Assembly (NCBI GenBank): GCA_000092065.1
Contig: CP000592.1
DNA: 64,000 bases
Origin: Ostreococcus lucimarinus
Taxonomy: Eukaryota
Reading direction: 5' to 3' (one strand)
Of this stretch, positions 31,346 through 41,650 are shown piece after piece (positions within the stretch are counted from its first letter, which is position 1; every line of letters starts with the position of its first letter). The notes under the pieces are model-generated. The model searched no databases and had not been told where the DNA came from. It saw nothing but the letters and a program-made list of their open reading frames with translations. The translations under genes were made by a program, and so were the position numbers.

Positions 31346-33103
31346 TCACCCGAAGAGAGTTTTGAAGGCGATGTTCGAACTCATGTCGTCGTACTTGTAC
31401 CCGCAGCCGTCTAAGCACTCCTCAAACACCTCGCGTTCTTCTTCAGCGACTTGCACGCCGAAAAGAACCTGACCGACGCGACCACCGTCGTTGCGGTAAT
31501 GCGTCATTGAGATCGACCACTTAGGACTGATGAACTCGAGGAAGTTTCCGAGCGCGCCCGCGCGTTCGGGAATTTCAACCTTGTACAACCTTTCGTTTTC
31601 AACTCTGCCTTGCCCACCAGTCATGTGGCGAAGGTGAAATTGCGTCGTCGCATCGTTAGACAAGTCGACCGTCTTGAAACCTAACGCTTCCATCCGCTGC
31701 ATCGTGTTCTGAACGTCCTTTAAATCGGAAACCTCGATCGAGTACAGCACGCGCGCGTCCGCCCCTTGCACGCGATATTTAAATTCTGAAATATTGATAT
31801 CCCCGACGGTCTCCACAAATCGCTTGAATTCGCCATTCTTCTCGGGAATGATACTCAAAAGTGTGGCTTCTTCCTTACCCCCTTGATCTGCGATCTCAGA
31901 AATCACGCGAAGACGATCAAAGTTCATGTTCGCCCCCGATGTCACGGCGATGACTTTACCGGTGACGCCGTGCGCTTGGCAATACGCCTTGGCGCCAGCC
32001 ACTGCGACTGCACCCGCTGGTTCGAGGATCGAACGAGTGTCACCGAATACGTCTTTGATCGCGGAAGCGATTTGATCCGTTTTCACGGTGATGATACCGT
32101 CAATCATGGTTTGAATAATCTCAAAGCAATCGCGCCCTGGCTCACGAACTGCGACGCCGTCGGCAAAGCCGTCCACTTTCGACAACTTCACAATCTCACC
32201 GCGAGCCAAAGATAAAGTCATCGCGTTTGCGCCCGCTGGTTCAACACCAATCACGCGAATTTCGGGTCGAATAGCCTTGATGTACGCCACCATGCCCGCC
32301 GCGAGCCCGCCGCCGCCGATGGGCACAAAGATGATTTCCGCCGAGGGCAACTGACGCATAACCTCTACGCCCACGGTGCCCTGACCCGCTATGACGTAAG
32401 GATCATCAAACGGGGGAATATATGTCAGGCCTTCCGCCGCGGCGCGCTCTTTCGCGTACGCCTGGGTGGCGTCGTAGTTTTCCCCGACCAATTCCACCGT
32501 CCCACCGAGTCGACGAACCGCCTCCACTTTGATGGCGGGCGTCGTCACCGGCATGGCGATGATCGCCTTACAGTTCAGCTTTTGCCCTGAAAGCGCCACC
32601 CCCTGCGCGTGGTTCCCCGCACTGGACGTAATGACCCCTCTCGCTCGCTCTTCTTCCGTCAATTGCTTCATCTTATTGTACGCCCCTCGAATCTTAAACG
32701 AAAACACCGGCTGCAAGTCTTCTCGTTTGAGATAAATTTGCGCCCCGACCCGATCGCTCAATCGCGGGGCGAGCTCAAGCGGGGACTCGATCGCGACATC
32801 GTACACATCAGCGGTCAAAATCGCTCGCACGTACCACGCCTCTCGCGCCACGTCCGAATCTTTTGCCTCTGGCCGCATCACCGGCCCGATTTCCCCGTCG
32901 AGCAAAATCAAATCCTCTGGATCGACGAGCGGTAACTCCCCCACGAACGGGGCGGGGCGCACCAGCGGCGCGAACACATTCGTGCGCGTGCGTCTGGCGC
33001 GTTCATTTGTCGTCGTTCGACTCGACGTCGACGGGCGACGCGAACATCTTCGAGCCGTGAGCCCTGGCGCTGGGACGGCGGCGGCGAAGCCTCGCGCGAG
33101 CAT
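31346..33103 (-). CDS. ilvA: Biosynthetic threonine dehydratase (threonine ammonia-lyase) with presequence
   Basis: The PLP lysine motif is QPVFSFKIRGAYN and the glycine loop is PIGGGGLAAG. Two C-terminal ACT-like regulatory repeats are present. Confidence 0.92.
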   Translation of the reverse strand: MLARGFAAAVPAPGLTARRCSRRPSTSSRTTTNERARRTRTNVFAPLVRPAPFVGELPLVDPEDLILLDGEIGPVMRPEAKDSDVAREAWYVRAILTADVYDVAIESPLELAPRLSDRVGAQIYLKREDLQPVFSFKIRGAYNKMKQLTEEERARGVITSSAGNHAQGVALSGQKLNCKAIIAMPVTTPAIKVEAVRRLGGTVELVGENYDATQAYAKERAAAEGLTYIPPFDDPYVIAGQGTVGVEVMRQLPSAEIIFVPIGGGGLAAGMVAYIKAIRPEIRVIGVEPAGANAMTLSLARGEIVKLSKVDGFADGVAVREPGRDCFEIIQTMIDGIITVKTDQIASAIKDVFGDTRSILEPAGAVAVAGAKAYCQAHGVTGKVIAVTSGANMNFDRLRVISEIADQGGKEEATLLSIIPEKNGEFKRFVETVGDINISEFKYRVQGADARVLYSIEVSDLKDVQNTMQRMEALGFKTVDLSNDATTQFHLRHMTGGQGRVENERLYKVEIPERAGALGNFLEFISPKWSISMTHYRNDGGRVGQVLFGVQVAEEEREVFEECLDGCGYKYDDMSSNIAFKTLFG

Positions 33104-33394
33104 CGTCGTGCGCGAAGCGACGCGTGCGGTGGAACGAGATCGTTCGCGTTAGATGCGTGCGACCTCGTCGAGCGGTCACGCGCGGTTTGACGCGCGCGCG
33201 TATGTGACGAAAGACTGATTTTCCACGAGGAGGATTCGAGGAGGATTCGTCGTTTGGAGCGCGTCGGCGCGAACGCGTTTGAGGTTCTAATTTCGACTAA
33301 CATCGCTCTATCGTTTTCATCGTTCGCGTGCGCTAATTCTATTTTTACGTTTTTGACGTTTCGTTCGTCGGTGGGCGTTGGTCGCGCGTCGGAA

Positions 33395-34414
33395 TCACTG
33401 CGTCGGGGCGCCGTGGATGTTGTTTGATCCTATGCGATATTTGACGGGCTTGGCGGAGACGCCGTACACGATGGAGGCGCTGTGCCAACCAGTGCCTGGA
33501 ATCTTGGATAACCGTATCCGACGGTGCGGCACGGCCGTCCAACGCGTCCCGAGAGCGGGCTTCAAGTTACTCCCGTGATCGTCCGCGAGTGAATCTTGAC
33601 CGGCGCTCACCGTGTGGTTGGTGTAGAGCGCCGCCGTCTTTCGCGTCGTCGCCAGGCCGCGAAGCATGGCGGCCACCGTGGCCATGATGGTGTACCCTTG
33701 ATGATGCGCCTTCGTCAGCAAGGGTGACAGCAACGCGGAAAGCGAATCTATCACGAGTAATCCCATGGTGGCGCGCTCCGGATTGTTATCGTCCTCGCTC
33801 GCCTCTTCGCCGAGTTGCGACAGTAAAGTTAACAACGAAAACACGTCGTGACACTTGTGAACGGCGATCAAATTCAGCGTCTTGTCCAAGTGCTCCTCCA
33901 CCACCGCCTTTTCCGCGTCCTCGGCGAAGAACCCACGATGTAACTGCTTGATTCGGGTCGCCGAAAACCCGCCGGTGGTGTCCACGTACACGACTCGATT
34001 ATCGAGCGCCGCGAAACTCGCCGCCGCGCTCAGACACAACTGCGTCTTCCCGCTCGCGCTCGGCCCCGTGATCTCGATCAACTGCCCTTGTCGTAATCCC
34101 CCCCCCAACAGCTCATCGATCGCGTCGCATCCCGTGGGTAAGATCTCCAACAAGCTCAACTGTCGCTCGACGTCCGAGCCGTTCACCGCGTTCGCGCACG
34201 TCTCGTTATAAATCTCCTCCACGATCGCCCGTCGTCGCGCCTCCGCCCCGCCGCGCCCCATCGACCGTCGTCGCGCTCCCCCACCGCCCGTCCCGTCCCC
34301 GTCGCGCCCGTTTCCGTCGTCGTCGCCGCACAGCGCGTCCGCGAGCGCGCGATTTTTCGCCAGCGCCCGTCGCGCGCGCGCCGTCTCGCGCGCCCTCGCG
34401 TCGTCCGCCTCCAT
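33395..34414 (-). CDS. RAD51 paralogue (RecA-fold ATPase; the subfamily among RAD51C, RAD51D and XRCC3 is unresolved)
   Basis: Walker A is ITGPSASGKTQLCL and Walker B-like is LLVIDSLSALL. A C-terminal KPALGTRW motif is present. Confidence 0.72.
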   Translation of the reverse strand: MEADDARARETARARRALAKNRALADALCGDDDGNGRDGDGTGGGGARRRSMGRGGAEARRRAIVEEIYNETCANAVNGSDVERQLSLLEILPTGCDAIDELLGGGLRQGQLIEITGPSASGKTQLCLSAAASFAALDNRVVYVDTTGGFSATRIKQLHRGFFAEDAEKAVVEEHLDKTLNLIAVHKCHDVFSLLTLLSQLGEEASEDDNNPERATMGLLVIDSLSALLSPLLTKAHHQGYTIMATVAAMLRGLATTRKTAALYTNHTVSAGQDSLADDHGSNLKPALGTRWTAVPHRRIRLSKIPGTGWHSASIVYGVSAKPVKYRIGSNNIHGAPTQ

Positions 34415-34727
34415 CCGTCGAGGCGCGCGCGCGCGTCACCGATCGTCGCCGATCGCGCGACCGCCGGCGCGGCGCGCGCGCGTCGCGCGGTGCCGCGGTC
34501 GCGCGGTCGACGCGACGTCGCGTCGACGCGCCTCGGACGTTCGCACTGTTTACCCATACACAAACCAGTACTCTTGAGTCATGAACCGTCAATAAAAGGG
34601 ACTCCCGGCGGCGCCGATCGATCGACCGCCGACGACGACGCGACGCGACCGACGGCGACACATCGCGACGCGCGCTCGAACGCGCGAACCGCTCGAACGC
34701 CGCGACCGACGGCCCGCGAACGCGCCG

Positions 34728-35948
34728 ATGCCGCTCGTCGAGCGCGCGAGCGACGGCGGCGCGTCGCCGGCGCTCGTCGCGGCGTGCGAGACGCTCGGGG
34801 TTTTGATCCACGGCGAGACGGAGCGACGCGCGACGGAGCGCGCGGACGAGGACGACGCGAGCGAGGCGCGGGAGACGGCGAAGGAGGGCGCGAGCGACGT
34901 CGAGGATGGAGAGGCGGAGAAGTTCGCGAGGGCGCTGAGCGCGAAACCGCGAGGGGAGGTTTTGGAGGCGCTGACGGGACACGCGGAGACGCTGTTCGGC
35001 GACGGGGGGGATAAGGAGGTGAGCGGCGTCGTGGCGGTGATGGCGAATCTGGCGGGAGACGATGGGGGGGCGATGAAACGCGTGATGGAGTGCGTGACGG
35101 CGAGCGTGAGCGAACGAGTGAGTCTGCGGGTGCGGTGCGCGATTGCGTTGTACAACGACGCCGACGCGAAGGATGGGGAGACAAAGCTTGAATTGTTTGA
35201 AAAGATTGCGGCGTATTGCGTCGCGGCGAAACAAAAGCAAGTGTTACCCATGCTCGTCGCGCACGCGAGCGAGGCCAAGGCGTGGGGCGGCGAGGTCAAG
35301 ACGCAGCGCAGAGTGTTGAAGTTGTGCGTCGATTTGCTCCGAGAGTTGGAGGGTCGCGAGGAGGAGTTGTTCTCGTGCATGATCAAGTATTTAGCGACGT
35401 TTGAAAACGACAGTGGAGCCGTCGCGGAGGCGGCGGATATCGCCAAGGAAACCGCGCGCATATTCATCAGCTCGCCGACGATGTTCCACGGGGATTTCTT
35501 AGCGCTCAAGGGGATGCAACATTTGCAATCCGCCGACGCCAACGCGCTCAAGCTCTTGTCCACCATGCTCACGGGCTCCGTGGCCGACTACAACGCCTTG
35601 GTCAAGGCGAACGGGTCGATCGTCTCCGGTCTCGGCTTAGACGCCGATGACTGCGTGGCAAAGATGCGCATGATGGCGCTGGCGGCGCTCGGTAAGAAGG
35701 GCGACGCGTCGTACTCTGAAATCAAGGAGGCGATGCAGTGCGACGACGGTGAGGTTGAGGAATGGGTCGTGCGCGCAGTTGGCGCGGGTGTGGTCGACGC
35801 GAAGATGGATCAAATGAAGCAACGCGTTGTTTTCACTAGATGCACCGACCGCGTATTCACTGGTGCCGAGTGGCAAGAGTTGAGCTCGCGCATAACGCAG
35901 TGGCGAGGCAAGATCGCCGCGCTTCAAAAGACGTTGTCGGCAAACTAA
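34728..35948 (+). CDS. EIF3M: Translation initiation factor eIF3 subunit M (PCI domain)
   Basis: The C-terminal PCI region is collinear with eIF3m. Matching segments are VAKMRMMALAALG...SYSEIKEAMQ....VEEWVVRAVGAGVVDAKMDQMKQRVVF.R...R.F....WQEL...I..W. Confidence 0.78.
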   Translation: MPLVERASDGGASPALVAACETLGVLIHGETERRATERADEDDASEARETAKEGASDVEDGEAEKFARALSAKPRGEVLEALTGHAETLFGDGGDKEVSGVVAVMANLAGDDGGAMKRVMECVTASVSERVSLRVRCAIALYNDADAKDGETKLELFEKIAAYCVAAKQKQVLPMLVAHASEAKAWGGEVKTQRRVLKLCVDLLRELEGREEELFSCMIKYLATFENDSGAVAEAADIAKETARIFISSPTMFHGDFLALKGMQHLQSADANALKLLSTMLTGSVADYNALVKANGSIVSGLGLDADDCVAKMRMMALAALGKKGDASYSEIKEAMQCDDGEVEEWVVRAVGAGVVDAKMDQMKQRVVFTRCTDRVFTGAEWQELSSRITQWRGKIAALQKTLSAN

Positions 35949-36013
35949 CTCTCTAGTCGATTGAATGTTCATCAATACAACGAACCTATCTATAAACTAC
36001 AACTTTGAATGCA

Positions 36014-37696
36014 CTATTCCCACAGCAGACACACGCCATTTTTGCACGCCGACGCGAGCACGCCCGCCGCGTTCCACGCGCACGTCGCGACGACGGCGTC
36101 GTGACCGTGCAACGTCGTCATCAAGCGTCCGCCCTGTACACGCCAGATGAATAACGCCCCGTCTGCCCCGCCAGATGCGATATGTTGTCCATCCGGTGAC
36201 ACGCAAGGATTACTCCAATCAGTGCCGACGCGATATTTTGGCGCGGAGAACGTTTGCACGACGTCCATTGTTCGAATATCGACGAGTTTCAACGTGTTGT
36301 CGCGACTGTTTGTCAGAATTTCGTTTTGATTTGGCGTATCGAAGACGGCGGTGATTAAACCATTATGCACCTTCGTTTCGCGCGCTACGTTCCCCGCGCG
36401 AAGATCCCACGCGCGAATCGCGCCATCAAAGTGACCGGAATACGCTTGCTGTTCGTTTGCGTCGAAGACGACCGAGTACACGCCGCTTGAAGTCAACATG
36501 GATGACGTTACGTGTCCACGATTGAGATCCCAAAGCTTCACGTTCCGGTCCTGAGAGCACGAAATCGCGCGCTTAGCATCAATCTGGCTGATTCGCGCCG
36601 ACGTCACCTTTTGCGCGTGCCCAGTGAGTCGGTGCCGTACGCGACCGGTGAGCGCGTCCCAAAGCTGGAGCGAGCAATCGGTCGAGGTCCCGAGGACGAG
36701 CGAGTCGTCGGCGCTAAATGTAACATCTAATGCTGCACCGAGCAAACCAGTCAATTCGCTGGTTCGTGCGCCCGTATTCGTGTCGAACATAGCGATTACC
36801 TTGTCCTCTCCGGCGCTTGCTACGGTGAAACCATCGTGCGAGAGGGCGACACGGTGCGTCCCACCCTTGTTACTTTGTAAAATATGTCTCTTCTTCGAAG
36901 GCACGACGTTGCTCATGACGGTAGACATCGAAAGCGCCTTCATACTCGCCGCCGAGGCCTCAGCGAGACTCTCCGCCCTCGCATTCAATTCTACGCTCTT
37001 CTTTTGTCGCAACAAATCAGCGTACAAATCGTTAATTTCATTCATCTTCTCCGCCTCCTTCGTCTTCATCTCCATCAGTCGCTCCACAAGCTCTGCATTC
37101 TCCTTTTCTAACTTTTCTACCTTCCCCAACACCGCGTTCTTCATCGCCGATTGGGATTCTGCCTCGTCCAACGCCTGCGATTCTGCCCGCCGCGCCGCGC
37201 TCGAAGCCTCCTCCGCGTCCCTCACTCGTCGTTCCAATCGCTCTTTATCCGCCGTCAACGTCTCCACGACGCGTTCAGAGTCTAAACGCGCCATTTCCTC
37301 GCGAACCAGCGCCTCTTTCGCCTGAATCGCTTCTCGACTCGCTTCGTCGCGTCTTCCGTACGCCTCCGTCAGCTCGACGCGCGCCCGCGTCGCCGCATCG
37401 TCGCTGTCGTCGCCCTCTTCCCCCCCCCGCGCGCGCGCGAGCGCCAACTCGCGCTCGGCACGCATTGTTCGCGTCTCCGCCACCTCAAGCGCGCGCATCG
37501 CTTTACACAGCGCGTCGTCGCGGTCCATCACCGCGCTGCGCCAACGCTCCAGCTCGGCAAACAATTCATCAAACGTCGCCTCTGTCGGCGCTCTCGCGCG
37601 TCGATCGCGCTCGACGACCGCGTGACGAATGATCGTCGTCGCGTCCGCCGCCCCGCTGACGTCGAGCGCGCCGTCGGCGTCGGCGTCGTCCGCCAT
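36014..37696 (-). CDS. ATG16: ATG16-like autophagy protein (coiled coil plus 7 WD40 repeats)
   Basis: An N-terminal coiled coil is followed by a C-terminal WD40 propeller (GHAQKVTSARIS, LWDL, IRAWDL, LFIWRV, HGHDAVVATCAWN). ATG 37696 (MADDADADG) is used. The track ORF runs on to 38239 through low-complexity sequence that overlaps the divergent gene. Confidence 0.8.
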   Translation of the reverse strand: MADDADADGALDVSGAADATTIIRHAVVERDRRARAPTEATFDELFAELERWRSAVMDRDDALCKAMRALEVAETRTMRAERELALARARGGEEGDDSDDAATRARVELTEAYGRRDEASREAIQAKEALVREEMARLDSERVVETLTADKERLERRVRDAEEASSAARRAESQALDEAESQSAMKNAVLGKVEKLEKENAELVERLMEMKTKEAEKMNEINDLYADLLRQKKSVELNARAESLAEASAASMKALSMSTVMSNVVPSKKRHILQSNKGGTHRVALSHDGFTVASAGEDKVIAMFDTNTGARTSELTGLLGAALDVTFSADDSLVLGTSTDCSLQLWDALTGRVRHRLTGHAQKVTSARISQIDAKRAISCSQDRNVKLWDLNRGHVTSSMLTSSGVYSVVFDANEQQAYSGHFDGAIRAWDLRAGNVARETKVHNGLITAVFDTPNQNEILTNSRDNTLKLVDIRTMDVVQTFSAPKYRVGTDWSNPCVSPDGQHIASGGADGALFIWRVQGGRLMTTLHGHDAVVATCAWNAAGVLASACKNGVCLLWE

Positions 37697-37836
37697 GACG
37701 CGTCGCGCACTGATGCCACCGGTCGCGTCACTCGTCGCCGCGTCGACTCGGACGACCTCCGACGCGCGCGCGTCGAGCGACGGGCGCGCGCGAGGCGCTC
37801 TCGGCGACGCTCGGGGCGCGCGCGCGCGTCGAGTCG

Positions 37837-38985
37837 ATGCGCGTCGTCGGCGCCGTTTCGTGTGCCCCAACGACCTCGAATCAGGACGACGACGACGACG
37901 ACGCACGCGCGGTGGCGTCGCTGCGCGCGCGCTTGCACGCCCCGCGACACGGCGAGACGTTGCGCGCGAAGTGTGTGCGTCTGCGCGACGCGGTTCGATC
38001 GCGGACGTGCTCGAGCTCGGAGATAAAGGGGAGACTCGCTCGCCGCGCCGAGACGAGCGCGCTGGCGGCGCTCGAGCGATGGGCGACGACGGCGCGAGCG
38101 ATCGAGGTTGATCTCGAACGAATCGTGCGAGGTGATGTCGATAAAAAATCGTTGAGCGCGATGGGAGAGGAAGTGACGCGAGCGTTACGAGATTTTGAGT
38201 GGTATTTGCGAGAACATGACGTGATGGAAGATTTGCCATTCGTCGTCGACGACGACTGCGAGACGCGCTCGAGCGATGAAACGACGATCGATTTGATGCG
38301 TAAGGTGCTCGAAAAAGACGTTAAAGACGATGATGCATCGATACTGGACACGATGTGCGATGAATTACGCGCGCGCGAGAGTGATTACGCGTGGCGAGGG
38401 GCGTTGTTAGGGGAGGTGGAAAACCAAGCTCGCGCGCGCGGATGGAGTTCGGAGAATTTCTCTTACGGATCGACGCCGTTCGCGTCGTGGGTCGCGGTAT
38501 TCGTGCAATGCGATGAATTGCGCGAACGCGCGAAAACGCTAGAGGAAGATGACTTAAAGTACGTCGTTTTCGGAAGCTCTGCTGGGTGGTTGGTGTTCTA
38601 TGCCGCGACGACGTTTCGCGGCGCGCGATGCGAAGGATTTGAAATTCTCGAGACTCTCCACGCAACTGCTTCGCACGTGTTGGAGGGCGCCGAAAAAAAA
38701 GCATGCAAAAAGTTCAATGTGAATTTTTGCAACGCTGACATGCTTTCGTCATCGCTGTGCGACGTCGGTATCATCGTTCTCACCTCCATGTGTTGGGACG
38801 ACGCCGTGTACGACGCCGTGCTCGAAAAACTCGCCGAAGAGCTCCGAGCGGGTGCGTTTGTGATCGATTACCGGGGAAATCTCGCGCAAAAAGACAAGTT
38901 TGCGCTCGTCTCAAAAGATTCCTTGCGCGCGCCGGTGAGTTGGAATCCAGGTCAGCGATTTTATGTCTTCAAAAAGGTGGCGTAA
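37837..38985 (+). CDS. Hypothetical protein with a class I methyltransferase-like (DOT1-like) C-terminal region
   Basis: The sequence YVVFGSSAGWLVFYAA...CEGFEI......FCNADML....VGIIVLTSMCWD resembles AdoMet-binding motifs I-IV. The assignment is tentative. Confidence 0.45.
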   Translation: MRVVGAVSCAPTTSNQDDDDDDARAVASLRARLHAPRHGETLRAKCVRLRDAVRSRTCSSSEIKGRLARRAETSALAALERWATTARAIEVDLERIVRGDVDKKSLSAMGEEVTRALRDFEWYLREHDVMEDLPFVVDDDCETRSSDETTIDLMRKVLEKDVKDDDASILDTMCDELRARESDYAWRGALLGEVENQARARGWSSENFSYGSTPFASWVAVFVQCDELRERAKTLEEDDLKYVVFGSSAGWLVFYAATTFRGARCEGFEILETLHATASHVLEGAEKKACKKFNVNFCNADMLSSSLCDVGIIVLTSMCWDDAVYDAVLEKLAEELRAGAFVIDYRGNLAQKDKFALVSKDSLRAPVSWNPGQRFYVFKKVA

Positions 38986-39077
38986 ACGCCGCCTTTCGAG
39001 GCGCGCGGACAAGCGTTAACAAACAAGCGCCATCAACCCTGGCGCGCGCGCGCGCGTAGGGTTTGAGCTTTGGGTCC

Positions 39078-40151
39078 ATGCGGCCGCAGACCGCGGCGTC
39101 CATGCGCGATGGCGACGGTGTGGTGAGCGTGCGCGATGCGAAAGAACGCGTCACGATCATCATCACCACCTCTCCGTGTCGCGCGCATCCGAGCACGTGG
39201 CTGATCGAAGAAGTCGCCGCGAGCATCGCCGGGCGAAGCGGCCTCGCGACGGCGACGGGGACGCGACTGTTGGTCGTGTGCGATGGGTACAAAGTGCGAG
39301 AATCGAATAAATTCCGCGCCGGCGCCGTCAACGAGGAAGGGTTGAAGAATTATGAGACGTATCTGTCCAGATTAGTGTGGTTGAGCGAACAGAGCGACGG
39401 CGCGCTGCGCGGCGCGGAGTTGATTCGGTTAAAACAGCGCCACGGGTTCGGTCACGCTTTGAAGCGAGCGATGATGCGCGTGACGACGGAGTACGTGCTC
39501 GTGGCCCAGCACGACCGCTTATTTACACGCGTCGTTCCCATGAGTGCGGTCCTCGACGCAATGGACGCGGACCCACAGATCAACTACGTCGGCTTCCCTA
39601 CGAAGACGACTCAAAACTACGACGTCAAGTGCGTAGGGCGAGTATTCACGAGCGAATATGGACAGCTGCGAATGTCACGAAAGCAGTTTCGCGACGTCGA
39701 ACTCGTACCTTTGGTTCAACACTACGATTCCATGCACGTCGCGCGCACATCCTTCTACCTCGGTCGCGTGTTTGGACAGCGCCGTTGGACAAATTTGCCC
39801 GTCGGGGGCTTCATCGAGGACACCGTCGGCCAACACATGCTCGCCGAGTTTCGCAAAATAGGCGCCGACGCGCACTCCATCTTCAACATGTACATCGTCG
39901 AAGACGCCATCGACGACGAACCCATGGCTGGTCACCTCGACGGCCACGATCCCGCCCACGCCCACGAAGACGCCGGCGCCGAGTTTTCCTTTGCCCGCGC
40001 GCGCTCCGCCGAGCGCGACTGGTTCGAGCGCGCGCTCCGGCCTTCCTCGACCATCGAAACCCTCCTCGGCACCGGGCATTTCAGCGAGCGTAAAGCCTAC
40101 CTCACCGCCATCGGTCGCGCGGATTTACTCCCGATCCCACCCACCGCCTAG
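39078..40151 (+). CDS. Hypothetical protein, possibly a GT-A-fold glycosyltransferase-like protein
   Basis: The segments VTIIITTSPCRAHPS...LLVVCDGY...VLVAQHDRLF resemble an N-terminal nucleotide-sugar-binding beta-strand pattern. This is weak. The first ATG is at 39078 (the track start 39063 is TTG). Confidence 0.4.
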   Translation: MRPQTAASMRDGDGVVSVRDAKERVTIIITTSPCRAHPSTWLIEEVAASIAGRSGLATATGTRLLVVCDGYKVRESNKFRAGAVNEEGLKNYETYLSRLVWLSEQSDGALRGAELIRLKQRHGFGHALKRAMMRVTTEYVLVAQHDRLFTRVVPMSAVLDAMDADPQINYVGFPTKTTQNYDVKCVGRVFTSEYGQLRMSRKQFRDVELVPLVQHYDSMHVARTSFYLGRVFGQRRWTNLPVGGFIEDTVGQHMLAEFRKIGADAHSIFNMYIVEDAIDDEPMAGHLDGHDPAHAHEDAGAEFSFARARSAERDWFERALRPSSTIETLLGTGHFSERKAYLTAIGRADLLPIPPTA

Positions 40152-40290
40152 CTTCTAGCCATAGACTTCTACTTCTAGCCTCGCGAAGACGCGCGCAACA
40201 AAAAAACTTTGAACTTCGTTCGAGCTGTCTTCGCGTCGCGAGATCGCGTCGCGCGCGGCGCCGAACCGCGCCCGCGCGGCGTCCGACGCG

Positions 40291-41598
40291 ATGCAGCGAC
40301 GCGAGCGCGCGTTGTGGTCGTTAGAACACGCGCTGTCGAGCCCCGAAATCCCGCTCGACGTCAAGGTGGAGGTGAAAAACGCGTGCGCGGCGTCGCTCGA
40401 CGACGAGACGCTGGCGTCGTGCGATTCGCTCGTCGTGCGATTGTTTGACGTTTTATCCCGCGCGCGCGATGCGTTGATCGCCGGTGAGGGCGCGATGCGA
40501 GGAAACAGCGCGCGCGCGTGCGCGGACGCGCTGCACGCGGTGACGACGCGACGCGACGCGCCGGAAACGCTGAAAAGGAGAGGGAAAGACGTCGTCGAGG
40601 CGCTGCGCGGCGAGTGGTGCTTCGCGGCGGCGAGAGAGACGCGGAACGAGGGAGGGACGAGCCCGGTGCGAGGATGGAAAGCGATGGAGAATTTTTGGAT
40701 GCGGTGGCGAACGCTGACGATCGGTGACGGAGGGCTGGGCGATGGGAGCGCGTTGGGAACGAAGGCGAAGAGGACGTACGACATGGTCGAGCGCGCGGAG
40801 AGCGATATGCGGTTGCCGAGCGACTGGGAGAGTCGCGTGCCCACGGCGGAGGATATAGCGCAAGATTTACAAACGTTGTTCACAGATCTGTGCGAAAGCG
40901 GTGAATTGATGAGTTTCTTGAGCGTCGTGAGGAACGATATCTCGAGCGGGAGGTACAAGGTGCAGGTGAGAGGAGACGGGCGCGTGGCGCGGCAATCGGG
41001 CGCGATGACGGATTCGATTGGACTCGAGCCGCACCTCGAGGGATTGGGTCGAAAGCTCAGGGCGGAGGCGACGAGACACCGACAAGAACCGCCGTTAGGT
41101 GCTCTAACCGCCGTGCCGGAAAGCTTTTCCTCGCCGCCGAAGCGCGTACACATAGCGGCTCAACGAAAAAAGAACGCGCGAACCGTGGAGTGGGATTCGC
41201 AAAACGACCAACCAGACGACAACGACAAAGAAGAAGAAGACAAAGATGAACACGAAGATATCGCGCCCACACAGCAAACCCCTCGCGCAAAGCCATCACC
41301 ATTAACCAATTTATCTTGGGAAGAGGTCGGATACCGCACGCCACGCGCGAATCTACCCGCCATTTCGCCGGCGCCCAGGGCTGCGCTGAAATCGCCGTCG
41401 ACGCGCAAGAAGCTTCACGTGAAGGTGAAGTGGACGGACGCCGAAGTCACGTGTTTGCACCTCGGCGTGCAAAAGTACGGCATTGGGAATTGGGCGAAGA
41501 TTTTGAACGATCCGACGCTCACCAACGGCTTTCACACGTCTCGCACCGGCGTGCATTTGAAGGACAAGTGGCGCACGATACAACGACAAGCGCGTTGA
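40291..41598 (+). CDS. Myb/SANT telobox protein (TRF-like telomere-repeat-binding candidate)
   Basis: A C-terminal single Myb repeat, KWTDAEVTCLHLGVQKYGIGNWAKIL...TGVHLKDKWRTIQ, carries the telobox LKDKWRT. Confidence 0.7.
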   Translation: MQRRERALWSLEHALSSPEIPLDVKVEVKNACAASLDDETLASCDSLVVRLFDVLSRARDALIAGEGAMRGNSARACADALHAVTTRRDAPETLKRRGKDVVEALRGEWCFAAARETRNEGGTSPVRGWKAMENFWMRWRTLTIGDGGLGDGSALGTKAKRTYDMVERAESDMRLPSDWESRVPTAEDIAQDLQTLFTDLCESGELMSFLSVVRNDISSGRYKVQVRGDGRVARQSGAMTDSIGLEPHLEGLGRKLRAEATRHRQEPPLGALTAVPESFSSPPKRVHIAAQRKKNARTVEWDSQNDQPDDNDKEEEDKDEHEDIAPTQQTPRAKPSPLTNLSWEEVGYRTPRANLPAISPAPRAALKSPSTRKKLHVKVKWTDAEVTCLHLGVQKYGIGNWAKILNDPTLTNGFHTSRTGVHLKDKWRTIQRQAR

Positions 41599-41650
41599 CG
41601 CACAGATAGATTAGATTGTAAAACCATCGCACCACCGCAGATTTAAACGC

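Noticed and set aside
34206-35572. Three long minus-strand ORFs (34206-35240, 34579-35184, 34589-35572) antisense to the eIF3m gene
   Set aside because: They are the same kind of GC-driven artefact with low-complexity translations. The plus-strand frame carries the conserved PCI domain.
37697-38239. 5' over-extensions of real genes in the ORF track. Examples are ATG16 to 38239, exonuclease-RING to 45851, ERO1 fusion to 54923, RF1 to 9688 and BolA-like to 24041.
   Set aside because: The extensions are low-complexity. They overlap the divergent neighbour's coding sequence or tandem repeats. Internal ATGs followed by plausible presequences or signal peptides are available.
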